Below, piece after piece: positions 1-9,067 of a DNA stretch of 64,000 nucleotides. A program made the translations under genes and the position numbers. The stretch comes from a virus (Duplodnaviria > Heunggongvirae > Uroviricota > Caudoviricetes): the IMG/VR virus record IMGVR_UViG_3300037245_003487, positions 41,441 through 105,440 of that record. One strand, 5' to 3'. A model generated the notes under the pieces. The model saw only the letters and a program-made list of their open reading frames with translations, had not been told where the DNA came from and ran no database searches. Position 1 is the first letter of the stretch, and the number at the start of each line of letters is the position of its first letter.

Positions 1-120
1 ATTTACTCATTATATCAGCTTCATCATATATTTGAAGCCAGTAAGTATTATTCTCTTCTCTTATTTTTCTTATTTTATTTAAGATTATATTTGTTCTATC
101 ATAATCTTTTTCATTATATT

Positions 121-303
121 TTAACATTTATTCTGTAATTCCTTAACTTGTTTTCTAAATTTACAACATTGTTGATATAGATTTTCAGACTTTAAATTCT
201 TAGGCATATCCTTGATAATCATTTCTGTCCAATCTAAAATTTGATCTGTTATGTTGTTTATTTCATTTTTACCTTCACATCTGCATATTGAAAAGTCGCT
301 CAT
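121..303 (-). CDS. hypothetical small protein
   Basis: 60-aa ORF in the minus-strand gene array; no recognisable motif. Confidence 0.3.
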   Translation of the reverse strand: MSDFSICRCEGKNEINNITDQILDWTEMIIKDMPKNLKSENLYQQCCKFRKQVKELQNKC

Positions 304-307
304 TTAT

Positions 308-493
308 TTATCTCCTTATTACATATATTATAAATGTAATTATTATTAATATAATCAATGTTCCCAATTCAATCCATAAAGGAATAAAAACTATCCACCA
401 AAACCAGGCCAAAACACCAGCTAATTTTAATATTATAAATATTATTAATACCACAGTGCCTATTCCAAGTCCACCCTTTTTTGTATCACTCAT
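308..493 (-). CDS. small hydrophobic membrane protein
   Basis: 61 aa, two predicted TM helices (LGIGTVVLIIFIIL... WFWWIVFIPLWIELGTLIIL). Confidence 0.35.
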   Translation of the reverse strand: MSDTKKGGLGIGTVVLIIFIILKLAGVLAWFWWIVFIPLWIELGTLIILIIITFIIYVIRR

Positions 494-1052
494 TTATTTT
501 CTCTATCCATTCACTTTTTAAAATTCCATACCCATGTATATCTATGTATTCGCCATCGAGATAAGTTGCATCTCTAAATTCAGCTTCTTTTTTCATACCA
601 AGCTTTTTAAATACATTGAGCATCCCAATATTTGTTGCCGCTGTGCCGCTCCAAATACGATGTAGGTTCATTTTCCTAAAGGCATGATCATATAAAAACT
701 CAATAGCTTGTGTTGCTATTCCTTTGCCATGATAGCCAGTTTCACCTATCAGTATTGCCATCTCACATGATCTATTTACATAGTTAAATGACTGCAACGA
801 AACATTTCCAATATGCTTATTGTTTGATTTATTTATGATGGCCCACACCAGTGCTTCTCTATTATCAATCGCTTTAAAATAATCCTCAAAGTCTTGATCT
901 GACATTTGCCAAAGACCATGGGAATTGAAGCGTGTAGCTTTTTCGTCCATAAACCATTGGTAGTAGTCGCTATCTACCGACTCAATTAAATCCATAGATA
1001 ATGGACATAACATTATAGTTTTATTTTCATATATTGTTATTGGCATTTTCAT
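486..1052 (-). CDS. GNAT family N-acetyltransferase (RimL/PseH-like)
   Basis: 188 aa; GNAT core and acetyl-CoA binding region (IGNVSL...EMAILIGETGYHGKGIATQA...LHRIW). Confidence 0.65.
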   Translation of the reverse strand: MKMPITIYENKTIMLCPLSMDLIESVDSDYYQWFMDEKATRFNSHGLWQMSDQDFEDYFKAIDNREALVWAIINKSNNKHIGNVSLQSFNYVNRSCEMAILIGETGYHGKGIATQAIEFLYDHAFRKMNLHRIWSGTAATNIGMLNVFKKLGMKKEAEFRDATYLDGEYIDIHGYGILKSEWIEKINE

Positions 1053-1053
1053 T

Positions 1054-1248
1054 TTAACTTTCCTCTGTACAATCAGTAAAAGTACAACCTGTTATATTAG
1101 TATCATGTACTTCGCATATATCTCTAAATACGTTTAAAGCCTTTTGAATTGTTTTATTATCTTTATTGCTATTTAATATTTCTATTATAGCTTCCCTAGC
1201 CTCTATAATCGCTTCCTTTGAAGCTCCTATATTAATCATTTCACTCAT
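1054..1248 (-). CDS. hypothetical protein
   Basis: 64-aa ORF, 4-nt overlap with upstream gene. Confidence 0.3.
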   Translation of the reverse strand: MSEMINIGASKEAIIEAREAIIEILNSNKDNKTIQKALNVFRDICEVHDTNITGCTFTDCTEES

Positions 1249-2054
1249 TTTAACATCTCCTTTAATTCCTTTTTAGTTATTATTTTATGATTGTCTTCTG
1301 TTATGAAGTTGTCTGTATAACAAAATAAATTGTCGTTTTTAATTAAATTATCTTTTTCCCATAAAGGCTGTATATTACTATAATGAAAACAAAGCTTTTG
1401 TTGCTCAGGATCTTTTAAGTCAAACCATATGCAGGGAACCATATGGTCCATATGAATTTCACCATTCATAAATTTATCCCATGTCATTCCAATTATAAAT
1501 TGATTACTAAAATATTTTTTAAATTCTTCTAAAGAGCATCCTAATAATTCCATGGTTGTTTTTGATTTTTCTTTATCTTTAACAAATTTATTAATTCTAT
1601 TTCTTAGATTGACAACTATTTTTCTATTTGGATCGCTGTTGTATTTTTCTCTTTCGTTTCTATTGCGTCTTTCTTTGTTATCTTGCTTATACTGTTTTTG
1701 ATACTCCCTTACTTTTTCTATATTATTATTATGCCATATTTTATTTCTAGTCTGAACCTGATCTTTATTTTCTTGGTAATGCTTTTTATTATCCAATAAT
1801 ATTTTGTCTTTATTTTCTAAATAAAACTCCTTTTGCCGTAAATGTATTTTATCTTTATTATTATCGCCATATATTTTTGATTTTATTTTTAACTTTTCTT
1901 TATTATTTTCTCTGTAAATTTTATCCTGCAATGCTTTACATTTTTTACATTCAGTACTAAACCCATCTTTTTTACTTTTATTACTATGAAAAAATTCATA
2001 ACTTGCAAGAAACTCTATCTTGCATTTGCAGCATTTTTTATATTCTAAATCCAT
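1245..2054 (-). CDS. HNH endonuclease with N-terminal Zn-ribbon and Lys/Asn-rich repeat region (paralog of 47155-47865)
   Basis: C-terminal His-Me finger (GMTW...HMDHMVPC...CFHYSNIQPLWEKDNLIKN); N-terminal CxxC...CKKC; 17-nt overlap with the PseB-like gene. Confidence 0.6.
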   Translation of the reverse strand: MDLEYKKCCKCKIEFLASYEFFHSNKSKKDGFSTECKKCKALQDKIYRENNKEKLKIKSKIYGDNNKDKIHLRQKEFYLENKDKILLDNKKHYQENKDQVQTRNKIWHNNNIEKVREYQKQYKQDNKERRNRNEREKYNSDPNRKIVVNLRNRINKFVKDKEKSKTTMELLGCSLEEFKKYFSNQFIIGMTWDKFMNGEIHMDHMVPCIWFDLKDPEQQKLCFHYSNIQPLWEKDNLIKNDNLFCYTDNFITEDNHKIITKKELKEMLK

Positions 2055-2982
2055 CTATATCCTTTTTAGTCAATCTTCTTACATTATCACTATCCAACAT
2101 AAATCTTGTTTCATTCCAAGTACTTTCATCTATCACATAATAATTATCGTGTTCAACGCAATGATGTGATTCTTCGTAGCCAATTAAACATTCAGCTAAT
2201 TTCTCGCCTCTTCTCAGTCCGATATCCTTAATAATAGCATCTGGATATAAAATATCTATTAAATCTTTTATATTCATACTTTTTACTTTTGGAATCAATA
2301 TAGTTCCAGATTTACCATGAACAGCTTTTGTTAAAATAAAATCACAAATCGTATTGGCATCCACAAAGAACCTGGTCATCTCAGGAGAGGTCAATCCTAT
2401 GGTTTTATTTTTACTATACATCTCTTTAAACATAGGTAAGATACTGCCCGTACTCCCATATATATTGGGATAACGCACGGTGATTAATTTAGTCCTAAAT
2501 CCTGAATAATTGCTAGCATACATCATCATTTTTTCACCAGCAGCTTTCGTAATTCCATAAAAATTTATACCATATACGCTCTTATCTGAATTAGTATAAA
2601 TTACTGTATCTACTTTCTTTTCGATAGCAGCATTAATTACATTTTCAGTCCCATCTATGTTAGTTTTTTTAGCCTCCATAATGTTTGTTTCTGCTATAGG
2701 CAGCTGTTTCATCGCACAAGCATGTATAATGATATCAACGCCTTCACACGCTCTGCATAATCTTTGATAATCCCTGATATCGCCAACACAAAATTCAATA
2801 TTCTTATGCTTTTTAAATTTTAATTTCATCTTCCGATGATTCTCTTCATTTCTTGCATAAATCCTCAAACCTTTCGGATTATAATTTTCAACCAACATCT
2901 CTGTTAATTTATTACCAAGAAACCCTGTTCCGCCTGTAATTAGAATCTCCTTACCTTCATAAAATTCACTACTCATTTCCAT
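2038..2982 (-). CDS. UDP-sugar 4,6-dehydratase/epimerase, PseB/CapD (polysacc_synt_2) family
   Basis: Rossmann ILITGGTGFLGN, GDIRD, HACAMKQLPIAE, YGITKAAGEK (YxxxK). Start moved to MEMSS (RBS GAGGAG) from the longer ORF-track call. Confidence 0.7.
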   Translation of the reverse strand: MEMSSEFYEGKEILITGGTGFLGNKLTEMLVENYNPKGLRIYARNEENHRKMKLKFKKHKNIEFCVGDIRDYQRLCRACEGVDIIIHACAMKQLPIAETNIMEAKKTNIDGTENVINAAIEKKVDTVIYTNSDKSVYGINFYGITKAAGEKMMMYASNYSGFRTKLITVRYPNIYGSTGSILPMFKEMYSKNKTIGLTSPEMTRFFVDANTICDFILTKAVHGKSGTILIPKVKSMNIKDLIDILYPDAIIKDIGLRRGEKLAECLIGYEESHHCVEHDNYYVIDESTWNETRFMLDSDNVRRLTKKDIDGFRI

Positions 2983-3190
2983 CCATCTCCTCGTGATCAA
3001 ACATATCTTCCCCAGGTAAAATTTCACTACCATCTTTCAATACCACTTTGCCAAGTTTGCAATTAATAGAAATTACGTCTCCATTATCTAATTCATCCAT
3101 GTCACTATTTAAGCTACAGCAAAATGCATATTGGGGATCGCGATCCAACATGATGCACCATTTTCCAGTATTATTATCTCTACACTTCAT
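2969..3190 (-). CDS. hypothetical protein
   Basis: 73-aa ORF. Confidence 0.25.
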   Translation of the reverse strand: MKCRDNNTGKWCIMLDRDPQYAFCCSLNSDMDELDNGDVISINCKLGKVVLKDGSEILPGEDMFDHEEMDGNE

Positions 3191-3323
3191 TAATTCCCCT
3201 TATCTATATTACTATTCATCTCTACTTGATTTTTAATAATAGTACCCTGATTTTCTACTGTTCGCTTTATATTTATATTATTTTCTATAAGTATAAATAT
3301 GATAATAATTAATAATACATATA

Positions 3324-3578
3324 TCATTTACTCTCCCAAAATATACACCCATAGTCTTTGTGTAACGCCAACTCACATTTATAACTCTTTAATGTGCCTT
3401 GCGTCTCTAATAAATCATGAGTTACATGAGTATAGGCGTCATGAACTAATATTTTAAACTTTTCTTCATAAGACTCAGCTTCCATTTGAATTTCATTACA
3501 ACAAAATCCATACTTTTCAGAATATTCCAATTCTCTTTGCTTATTACGCCAAAACTTACAGTCTTTACATTTATTCAC
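3324..3578 (-). CDS. hypothetical Cys-rich protein
   Basis: 84 aa with CxxC...CC N-terminus. Confidence 0.3.
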   Translation of the reverse strand: MNKCKDCKFWRNKQRELEYSEKYGFCCNEIQMEAESYEEKFKILVHDAYTHVTHDLLETQGTLKSYKCELALHKDYGCIFWESK

Positions 3579-3856
3579 TCAATCACCTCAAAATCTTCAT
3601 ACGTATATCTTAAACAAAATTCATCTGTATTGCTTTTATTTAATTTATCTAATTCTTGTAAACATTTTTTTTCGCTTTTATACACAGCTATAATTTGTTC
3701 GAAAATTAAATCTGATATTATATACACTTTCATGATTTTTCTTTTCATCATCCCTCTCATATCATCTCTTATTTTAATAAAGTCTTCTGCCTTTACATCA
3801 CATGCATCGCCCATTTTCATCACCATATAAACATACATCCAATTATAGCTATCCAA
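3575..3856 (-). CDS. hypothetical protein
   Basis: 93-aa ORF, 4-nt overlap with downstream gene. Confidence 0.3.
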   Translation of the reverse strand: MDSYNWMYVYMVMKMGDACDVKAEDFIKIRDDMRGMMKRKIMKVYIISDLIFEQIIAVYKSEKKCLQELDKLNKSNTDEFCLRYTYEDFEVIE

Positions 3857-3952
3857 ATTCCAACCATCACACTACTTAAAAGCATTGCAGTTATACTTAA
3901 TCCAAACACGCCTAAAGTAAGAATCGCTTTTACCATATTATCACAATCCATA

Positions 3953-4837
3953 TCAATCCCTCATTCCAGTCACTGGATCAGCTCTTAAAACCAAATCATC
4001 TTTTGTTAATTCAAATTCACCATCATTAATCATCTCTAATTGATCTAGATAACAAAACAGGTTTATACAATCACTTTCAGTCCACACGTGATTATACTGT
4101 GTTTCAGCGCCTTTACGATCGTCTAAATCAAAATGTAGTTCTATTATTTCAGCACCGTTATTAATTGCTTGTCCTACTACTTCAGGAGAAACTGAATGAT
4201 CACTGTATCCAACATTCATAAATACTGAACTAAAATTCTTATCATCTGAGAATTTAACCTCACTTCCTATCATTTTCATTCCACTAAATAAATCTTTTGA
4301 TATTAAATCATCAATTTCAAATATTCTACTAACACAGGAATCTTTAATTTTAGTTGGATACTTAGAAACGCAATGCTGAAAACAAACTTCTTCCTCAATC
4401 CTTAATTCATTACATATTTTTATTATATCACTTATATTTTGATCTTCAGCTAAACCACATGATATATAAACAGGCTTTTTCTTACTTAAGCAAGCCATTA
4501 TTAAATCTTTTCGTAAAATATCAAAACTTGAAATTTTATAGAAATCTATATAAGGCTCTACTTGATCTACGCCTTCTAAATAGAATGGAGTTATACCTAT
4601 TTTCAACCCAATCCTTTTACAATAAGATGAAATTAAAGGCAGTAATGTTAAATCAAACTCTCTATCTTTTAAAATTTCTTTATTTTTACCATCTTTATAT
4701 AAAGTATCAGCCTTAAATGCCTGGAATTTTATTCCATAAAAACCTAACTCATAAGCGCTATCTATTAGTTTTTTAATACGCTCTATATCAGAATTTCCAT
4801 TTGAACCTATTTCGGCTATAAACTTTGTATTAGTCAT
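3953..4837 (-). CDS. nonulosonic acid synthase (NeuB/PseI/LegI family)
   Basis: N-terminus FIAEIGSNGNSD...ELGFYGIKFQAF matches the NeuB TIM-barrel signature (AEIG.NHNG...KFQ). Confidence 0.7.
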   Translation of the reverse strand: MTNTKFIAEIGSNGNSDIERIKKLIDSAYELGFYGIKFQAFKADTLYKDGKNKEILKDREFDLTLLPLISSYCKRIGLKIGITPFYLEGVDQVEPYIDFYKISSFDILRKDLIMACLSKKKPVYISCGLAEDQNISDIIKICNELRIEEEVCFQHCVSKYPTKIKDSCVSRIFEIDDLISKDLFSGMKMIGSEVKFSDDKNFSSVFMNVGYSDHSVSPEVVGQAINNGAEIIELHFDLDDRKGAETQYNHVWTESDCINLFCYLDQLEMINDGEFELTKDDLVLRADPVTGMRD

Positions 4838-6095
4838 TCAATGTAAACCTCCCATTATAAACTTTTAAAAACGCTAAATATATATCTTCTATATCGCTAT
4901 CTTCAAGAGGCAAACTATGAAGCAGTGTGATAAATAACTCTTTCTCTTGCATTCTTTTTAAAACAGGAAAATCATCAATGCTATGCTTACCTTTAAAAAT
5001 TGGAAAGGATCCTAAAAAACTTATATACCCATTATTAATCTGTACACCCTTATCAAGTCTACCTTCTTCTTCAGTTAACTCAGCTCTAACAGCTTCCAAA
5101 AACACGTCTCTTTCTATACCAATTGAATCTTCATCATAAATAAATGGAAGTACATAATAAGAGTTGACATCACAATTATTTTTTGCTAAACTTATTCCAG
5201 GAACAGAGCATAATTTATCTGATAATTTTTTAACATTATTTTTTCTTAATAATACAATATCATCAAGTTTCTTTAATTGCTCCCTTAAAATAACAGCCTG
5301 AATCTCTGACATCCTTAAATTCATCCCAGGATAATTGAAGTCTTTAAATTTATTTTGACCTTCTACTGGCATGTCATTAATAACAGCATCTAAATGATTT
5401 CTTCCTAATGCACACTTTATAAATAACTCATCACTATCAGTTACTATCATTCCGCCTTCACCACAAGTTAAGGTTTTGCCTTGTGTAAAACTGAAACATC
5501 CTATATGACCAGCAAATCCAGCATAAACACCATCTCTTTTACTATTTATAGCTTGAGCTGCATCCTCTATCACATATAAGTGATTATCCAATGCTATTTT
5601 ATTTATAGCTTTATAATCATATATATTACCAAATAGATCTACAACTATAATAGCTTTGGTATTTTTAGTTATTTTTCTTTTAACATCTTCAGGATCTAAA
5701 CAAAAGCTATCATCTATATCTGCAAATACAGGTATAGCACCATAATGCATACAAATAGTAGCACTGCATGACATTGAATATCCGGTAACTATAACCTCAT
5801 CACCAGGCTTTAATCCTATAGCTCCACATGCCACATATAATGCCGATGTACAGCTATTAACTGCTAATGCATTATAATTAGGATTGAATTTACGTGAAAA
5901 CTCTCTTTCGAGTTCCTTTACCTCATGGCCTCCCATAAAGTTCGATCCAAAGTTGCCACGAAAAGCTGATAGAACCTTGCTTTCCATAACCCTTTGCACT
6001 GCTTTTGCTTCCTCAGTACCTATTGTTTTTTGACTTGGAAACAGTGTTGTACGAACCTTATTTCCACCTTTTATTGCAAGTTTATCCATTAACAC
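4830..6095 (-). CDS. DegT/DnrJ/EryC1/StrS-type PLP aminotransferase (PseC-like)
   Basis: 421 aa; GDEVIVTGYSM, FSFTQGKTLTCGEGGMIVTD (PLP-lysine region); 8-nt overlap with NeuB-like gene. Confidence 0.7.
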   Translation of the reverse strand: MLMDKLAIKGGNKVRTTLFPSQKTIGTEEAKAVQRVMESKVLSAFRGNFGSNFMGGHEVKELEREFSRKFNPNYNALAVNSCTSALYVACGAIGLKPGDEVIVTGYSMSCSATICMHYGAIPVFADIDDSFCLDPEDVKRKITKNTKAIIVVDLFGNIYDYKAINKIALDNHLYVIEDAAQAINSKRDGVYAGFAGHIGCFSFTQGKTLTCGEGGMIVTDSDELFIKCALGRNHLDAVINDMPVEGQNKFKDFNYPGMNLRMSEIQAVILREQLKKLDDIVLLRKNNVKKLSDKLCSVPGISLAKNNCDVNSYYVLPFIYDEDSIGIERDVFLEAVRAELTEEEGRLDKGVQINNGYISFLGSFPIFKGKHSIDDFPVLKRMQEKELFITLLHSLPLEDSDIEDIYLAFLKVYNGRFTLND

Positions 6096-6345
6096 CTACT
6101 TTTAATAATTCTAAATCAGATTCAAAACATCTAATCTCTTCAATTTTACCATTATTATTTATGTATTCAACATCATAAACATAACATTCTTTTTCTTTAC
6201 ATAATCTCATAATTACTCCATTTAAATCATGAGTAATCAATTTAACTTTATCATCGATACCAAATTTAAAATTCATGGTATTCGGAGGATAACATCCTAT
6301 TTTACCACAATTAGGCGTTCTTATATTCGGGGTACACCAACACAT
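6082..6345 (-). CDS. hypothetical protein
   Basis: 87-aa ORF. Confidence 0.3.
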   Translation of the reverse strand: MCWCTPNIRTPNCGKIGCYPPNTMNFKFGIDDKVKLITHDLNGVIMRLCKEKECYVYDVEYINNNGKIEEIRCFESDLELLKVGVNG

Positions 6346-6357
6346 ATTTTTTCTCCT

Positions 6358-6978
6358 TTATTTTGTAAAATCTCTATATTTTAATTTAGTAATAATCCGC
6401 TCTCCATTTCTGCATTTTAATTCAATTTCTGGTCTAGCAACAATGCCTTCAGCAATAAAGTCACCCCATTGAGAATTAAAACCTTTTTTGGTAATTATTA
6501 TCATATCACGCAATGTTCCGCTCCCTATAATTGGAGTAACTTCAATTTCCAGTTCTAATGCTATTTTTTCTATATCAACTCTATTTAACCACCAGTCACC
6601 TATACTAATGTCAAATAATACAAAATCATTTACATCCTTATATTTTCCGCCTTTTTGTATTTTAGGTCCATAACCCTCTCCATACAAACAAACATCGCAA
6701 TTAAATAATTCTTTAAATTTCTCATGTTTAGATAAAAATTTACTATTCAATTCATTTAGTAATCCGATTGGTATTTGAGCATTATCAGTTTTTCCATTAA
6801 ATAATATTTTGCTATCTTTAAATTGAATTCTTATATTTGTACCATCAATTTTCTCAGTAAAAATCCATTTATTATCCTGTAAATACTCAAATTCTGGTAA
6901 TGAATATTCACTTGTTAATATTTTCATATCATCAGGATCTCTTTTAAAAACTGTTTGTATTTTATGATATTTTTTCAT
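6358..6978 (-). CDS. minimal ATP-dependent polynucleotide ligase (Rnl-like nucleotidyltransferase)
   Basis: Nucleotidyltransferase motifs I KIDGTN, III VLFDISIG, IV IAEGIVARP, V ITKLKYRDF in a 206-aa protein. Confidence 0.55.
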   Translation of the reverse strand: MKKYHKIQTVFKRDPDDMKILTSEYSLPEFEYLQDNKWIFTEKIDGTNIRIQFKDSKILFNGKTDNAQIPIGLLNELNSKFLSKHEKFKELFNCDVCLYGEGYGPKIQKGGKYKDVNDFVLFDISIGDWWLNRVDIEKIALELEIEVTPIIGSGTLRDMIIITKKGFNSQWGDFIAEGIVARPEIELKCRNGERIITKLKYRDFTK

Positions 6979-7156
6979 TTTCTCTCCTTAATTTTTTATT
7001 ATTTATAACAAGACTTTAATTTACCATTTGATTGATATATACCAGAATTAATTAATTCCTGTCTTGCTTGTTCAGGTGTATAATTTTTTATTTCCTCATG
7101 ATGTCTTCTTAATATTTCTAATTCTTTTTTTGTTTCGTTAGATATATATTCTTTTA

Positions 7157-8149
7157 TCACCTTTTATTCCTTAAATATTCTATTACTTTATGAACCTGAA
7201 CCGCATCTTCTGCAGTACATTTAAGTTCTTCATTATTATCTAAATGACTTACAACATTATCATACATATTAGGTAGGCAATTAGTTAATTCTATACTTCC
7301 ATCAATATCTGCAGTTCCAGATAAACTAGCATAATTACCATATGTATCTTCTTGTGTTACTGGGTAGAACTTAAATCCCTGAAACCAATCATCTAGAACT
7401 ATTTTACCTTGTTCTGTAATTATTTCCATTTCAAAACAAGCAGCTTTCCTGCCATCAACTGGAACCATAAATATATTAGGACATTTTTCATAAGACATCC
7501 AGATTGGAACTGTTGGGTCCTCACTTGATAAATCATTAATCCATACAGAGTCGTTCCCTAAAATTCTTCCGTCTCTAAATTCTCCAAAAAACCAATTGCA
7601 AATATCTATAGCGTGTGGTGCGTCCCTTAATAAACCTCTGTTATAATTAAATACAGCACTATAAATATTTCCAAACTTACCTTCCTTTAGATCATTTCTA
7701 AAGGCTTGAATTTCATTAGAATATCTTCTTGTGTAATTTATAGAAATCGGTATTAAATTAGAATAAAATTGATTATAAATATCTCTAGCATTTCTTAAAT
7801 TATCACAAAACGGTTTTTCACAAACAATAATCAGTGGCTCTAATATCTTTATAATTTCACTTAATAATAAATAATGAGAAGTAGTTGCTGATGAAATAAC
7901 TATTATATCTACGCTTTCCTTAATATCTGTAAAGTATAAATAGGGCTTAGTATCCCATTTTTTTGCAGCTTCAATGGCTTTTTCAAAATCCATATCTATA
8001 ACTCCAACTAAATTTATATTTTCATTTTTACAAATTGCATTTGCATGTGTTTTTGGAACAGTGTCTTTACTGTCAAATACAACGTCTTTAGATGTGCCTA
8101 TAGAGCCACATCCTATTATTATTGCATTATATTTCATAAATGACTCCAT
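7157..8149 (-). CDS. Gfo/Idh/MocA family NAD(P)-dependent sugar oxidoreductase
   Basis: N-terminal Rossmann AIIIGCGSIGTSK plus family-typical C-terminal alpha/beta domain. Confidence 0.65.
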   Translation of the reverse strand: MESFMKYNAIIIGCGSIGTSKDVVFDSKDTVPKTHANAICKNENINLVGVIDMDFEKAIEAAKKWDTKPYLYFTDIKESVDIIVISSATTSHYLLLSEIIKILEPLIIVCEKPFCDNLRNARDIYNQFYSNLIPISINYTRRYSNEIQAFRNDLKEGKFGNIYSAVFNYNRGLLRDAPHAIDICNWFFGEFRDGRILGNDSVWINDLSSEDPTVPIWMSYEKCPNIFMVPVDGRKAACFEMEIITEQGKIVLDDWFQGFKFYPVTQEDTYGNYASLSGTADIDGSIELTNCLPNMYDNVVSHLDNNEELKCTAEDAVQVHKVIEYLRNKR

Positions 8150-8652
8150 GTTCTTCTACTAACTATACCATTTATTCCACCTACGGAATAACCAAACTTT
8201 TTCCCTATTTCTTTCTTGGAGCATTTTCCAGAATCATGCATTTTCCTGATCTCTAAAACTTGCTCATTAGATAATCTTGATTGTGAAGATTTCTCTCCTC
8301 TATTTGAACTTAATCCATTTTTAAATGCGTGTATCATATTTTCATGACAGTCACACCATTCTAAATTATCTACATGATTATTATCTTTATTACCATCCTT
8401 ATGATTAACTTGTGGTTTATTACCTATATTAGTTATAAAATGTATTGCAACTAATCTATGGGCCTTACAAGACTTGTTTTTTGAATTACCCCATAAATTA
8501 ACTATACAATATCCATTTTTATCCTTTCTGTGTTTTTTCACAACACCTTTATATAATCTATTCCTTATAGTCCTATCTAAAGATCTGGTTCTGCCATAAC
8601 TTGATACTTGATAATAGCCTTCATAACCATCGATATCTTTCCAAATTTCCAT
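8134..8652 (-). CDS. HNH homing endonuclease with NUMOD4 motif
   Basis: WKDIDGYEGYYQVSSYGR (NUMOD4) then NHKDGNKDNNHVDNLEWC (HNH_3); 16-nt overlap with the oxidoreductase gene; RBS AAGGAG. Confidence 0.75.
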   Translation of the reverse strand: MEIWKDIDGYEGYYQVSSYGRTRSLDRTIRNRLYKGVVKKHRKDKNGYCIVNLWGNSKNKSCKAHRLVAIHFITNIGNKPQVNHKDGNKDNNHVDNLEWCDCHENMIHAFKNGLSSNRGEKSSQSRLSNEQVLEIRKMHDSGKCSKKEIGKKFGYSVGGINGIVSRRTWSHL

Positions 8653-8690
8653 ATTGCTCCTTAATTTAAAACTTTATTTACAAATTTACT

Positions 8691-8718
8691 GGGGACCCTC
8701 TACCACTGAGGTAATAGC
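8691..8718 (-). ncRNA. tRNA 5'-half-like fragment (acceptor + D-arm)
   Basis: Minus-strand GCTATTA-CCTCAGTGGTAGAGG. No matching anticodon or T-arm downstream; abuts the RBS of the HNH gene. Confidence 0.3.
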
Positions 8719-8769
8719 TTATTAGGCTTCTAAATAACTTATCATGAGTATTATTTAAAAGTTTTCCAT

Positions 8770-8805
8770 TACGCTATGCAGGATTCGAACCTACGACAGA
8801 ACCCC
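8770..8805 (-). ncRNA. tRNA 3'-half-like fragment (T-arm + acceptor 3' strand)
   Basis: Minus-strand GTAGG-TTCGAAT-CCTGC-ATAGCGT; no 5' partner found. Confidence 0.3.
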
Positions 8806-8830
8806 TAGTAAATCGATAATTAAATAAAAC

Positions 8831-8948
8831 GGATAGAGAGAAAGGATTTGAACCTTTCATGCCTCTAAGTGTATATATGCGCACAAGTAAATCAACTCGA
8901 AACACTTATTTTTCCATGAGAGCTTAGCCATTCAGCTTATCTCTATCC
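8831..8948 (-). tRNA. tRNA-like gene with an insertion of about 45 nt (118 nt overall)
   Basis: Acceptor GGATAGAG/CTCTATCC, D-arm AGCT-GAATGGCTA-AGCT, perfect T-arm AAAGG-TTCAAAT-CCTTT. No canonical anticodon arm; about 45 extra nt before the T-arm. Confidence 0.35.
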
Positions 8949-9067
8949 TAATTTAACTGAATGTACTACTAGATTTACACTCAGGTAATTTCAATCTTAA
9001 TTAAGAATAACACAATATGTAAATTATGTCAAGTCTATTTATATGTCATTTACATTTAATTTACAAC

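Noticed and set aside
8691-8948. tmRNA (ssrA), including a permuted two-piece form, as an explanation for tRNA-like ends with long internal inserts
   Set aside because: No tag-peptide reading frame with a resume codon and no pseudoknot-sized spacing. The elements are 118-148 nt, versus about 350 nt for tmRNA.
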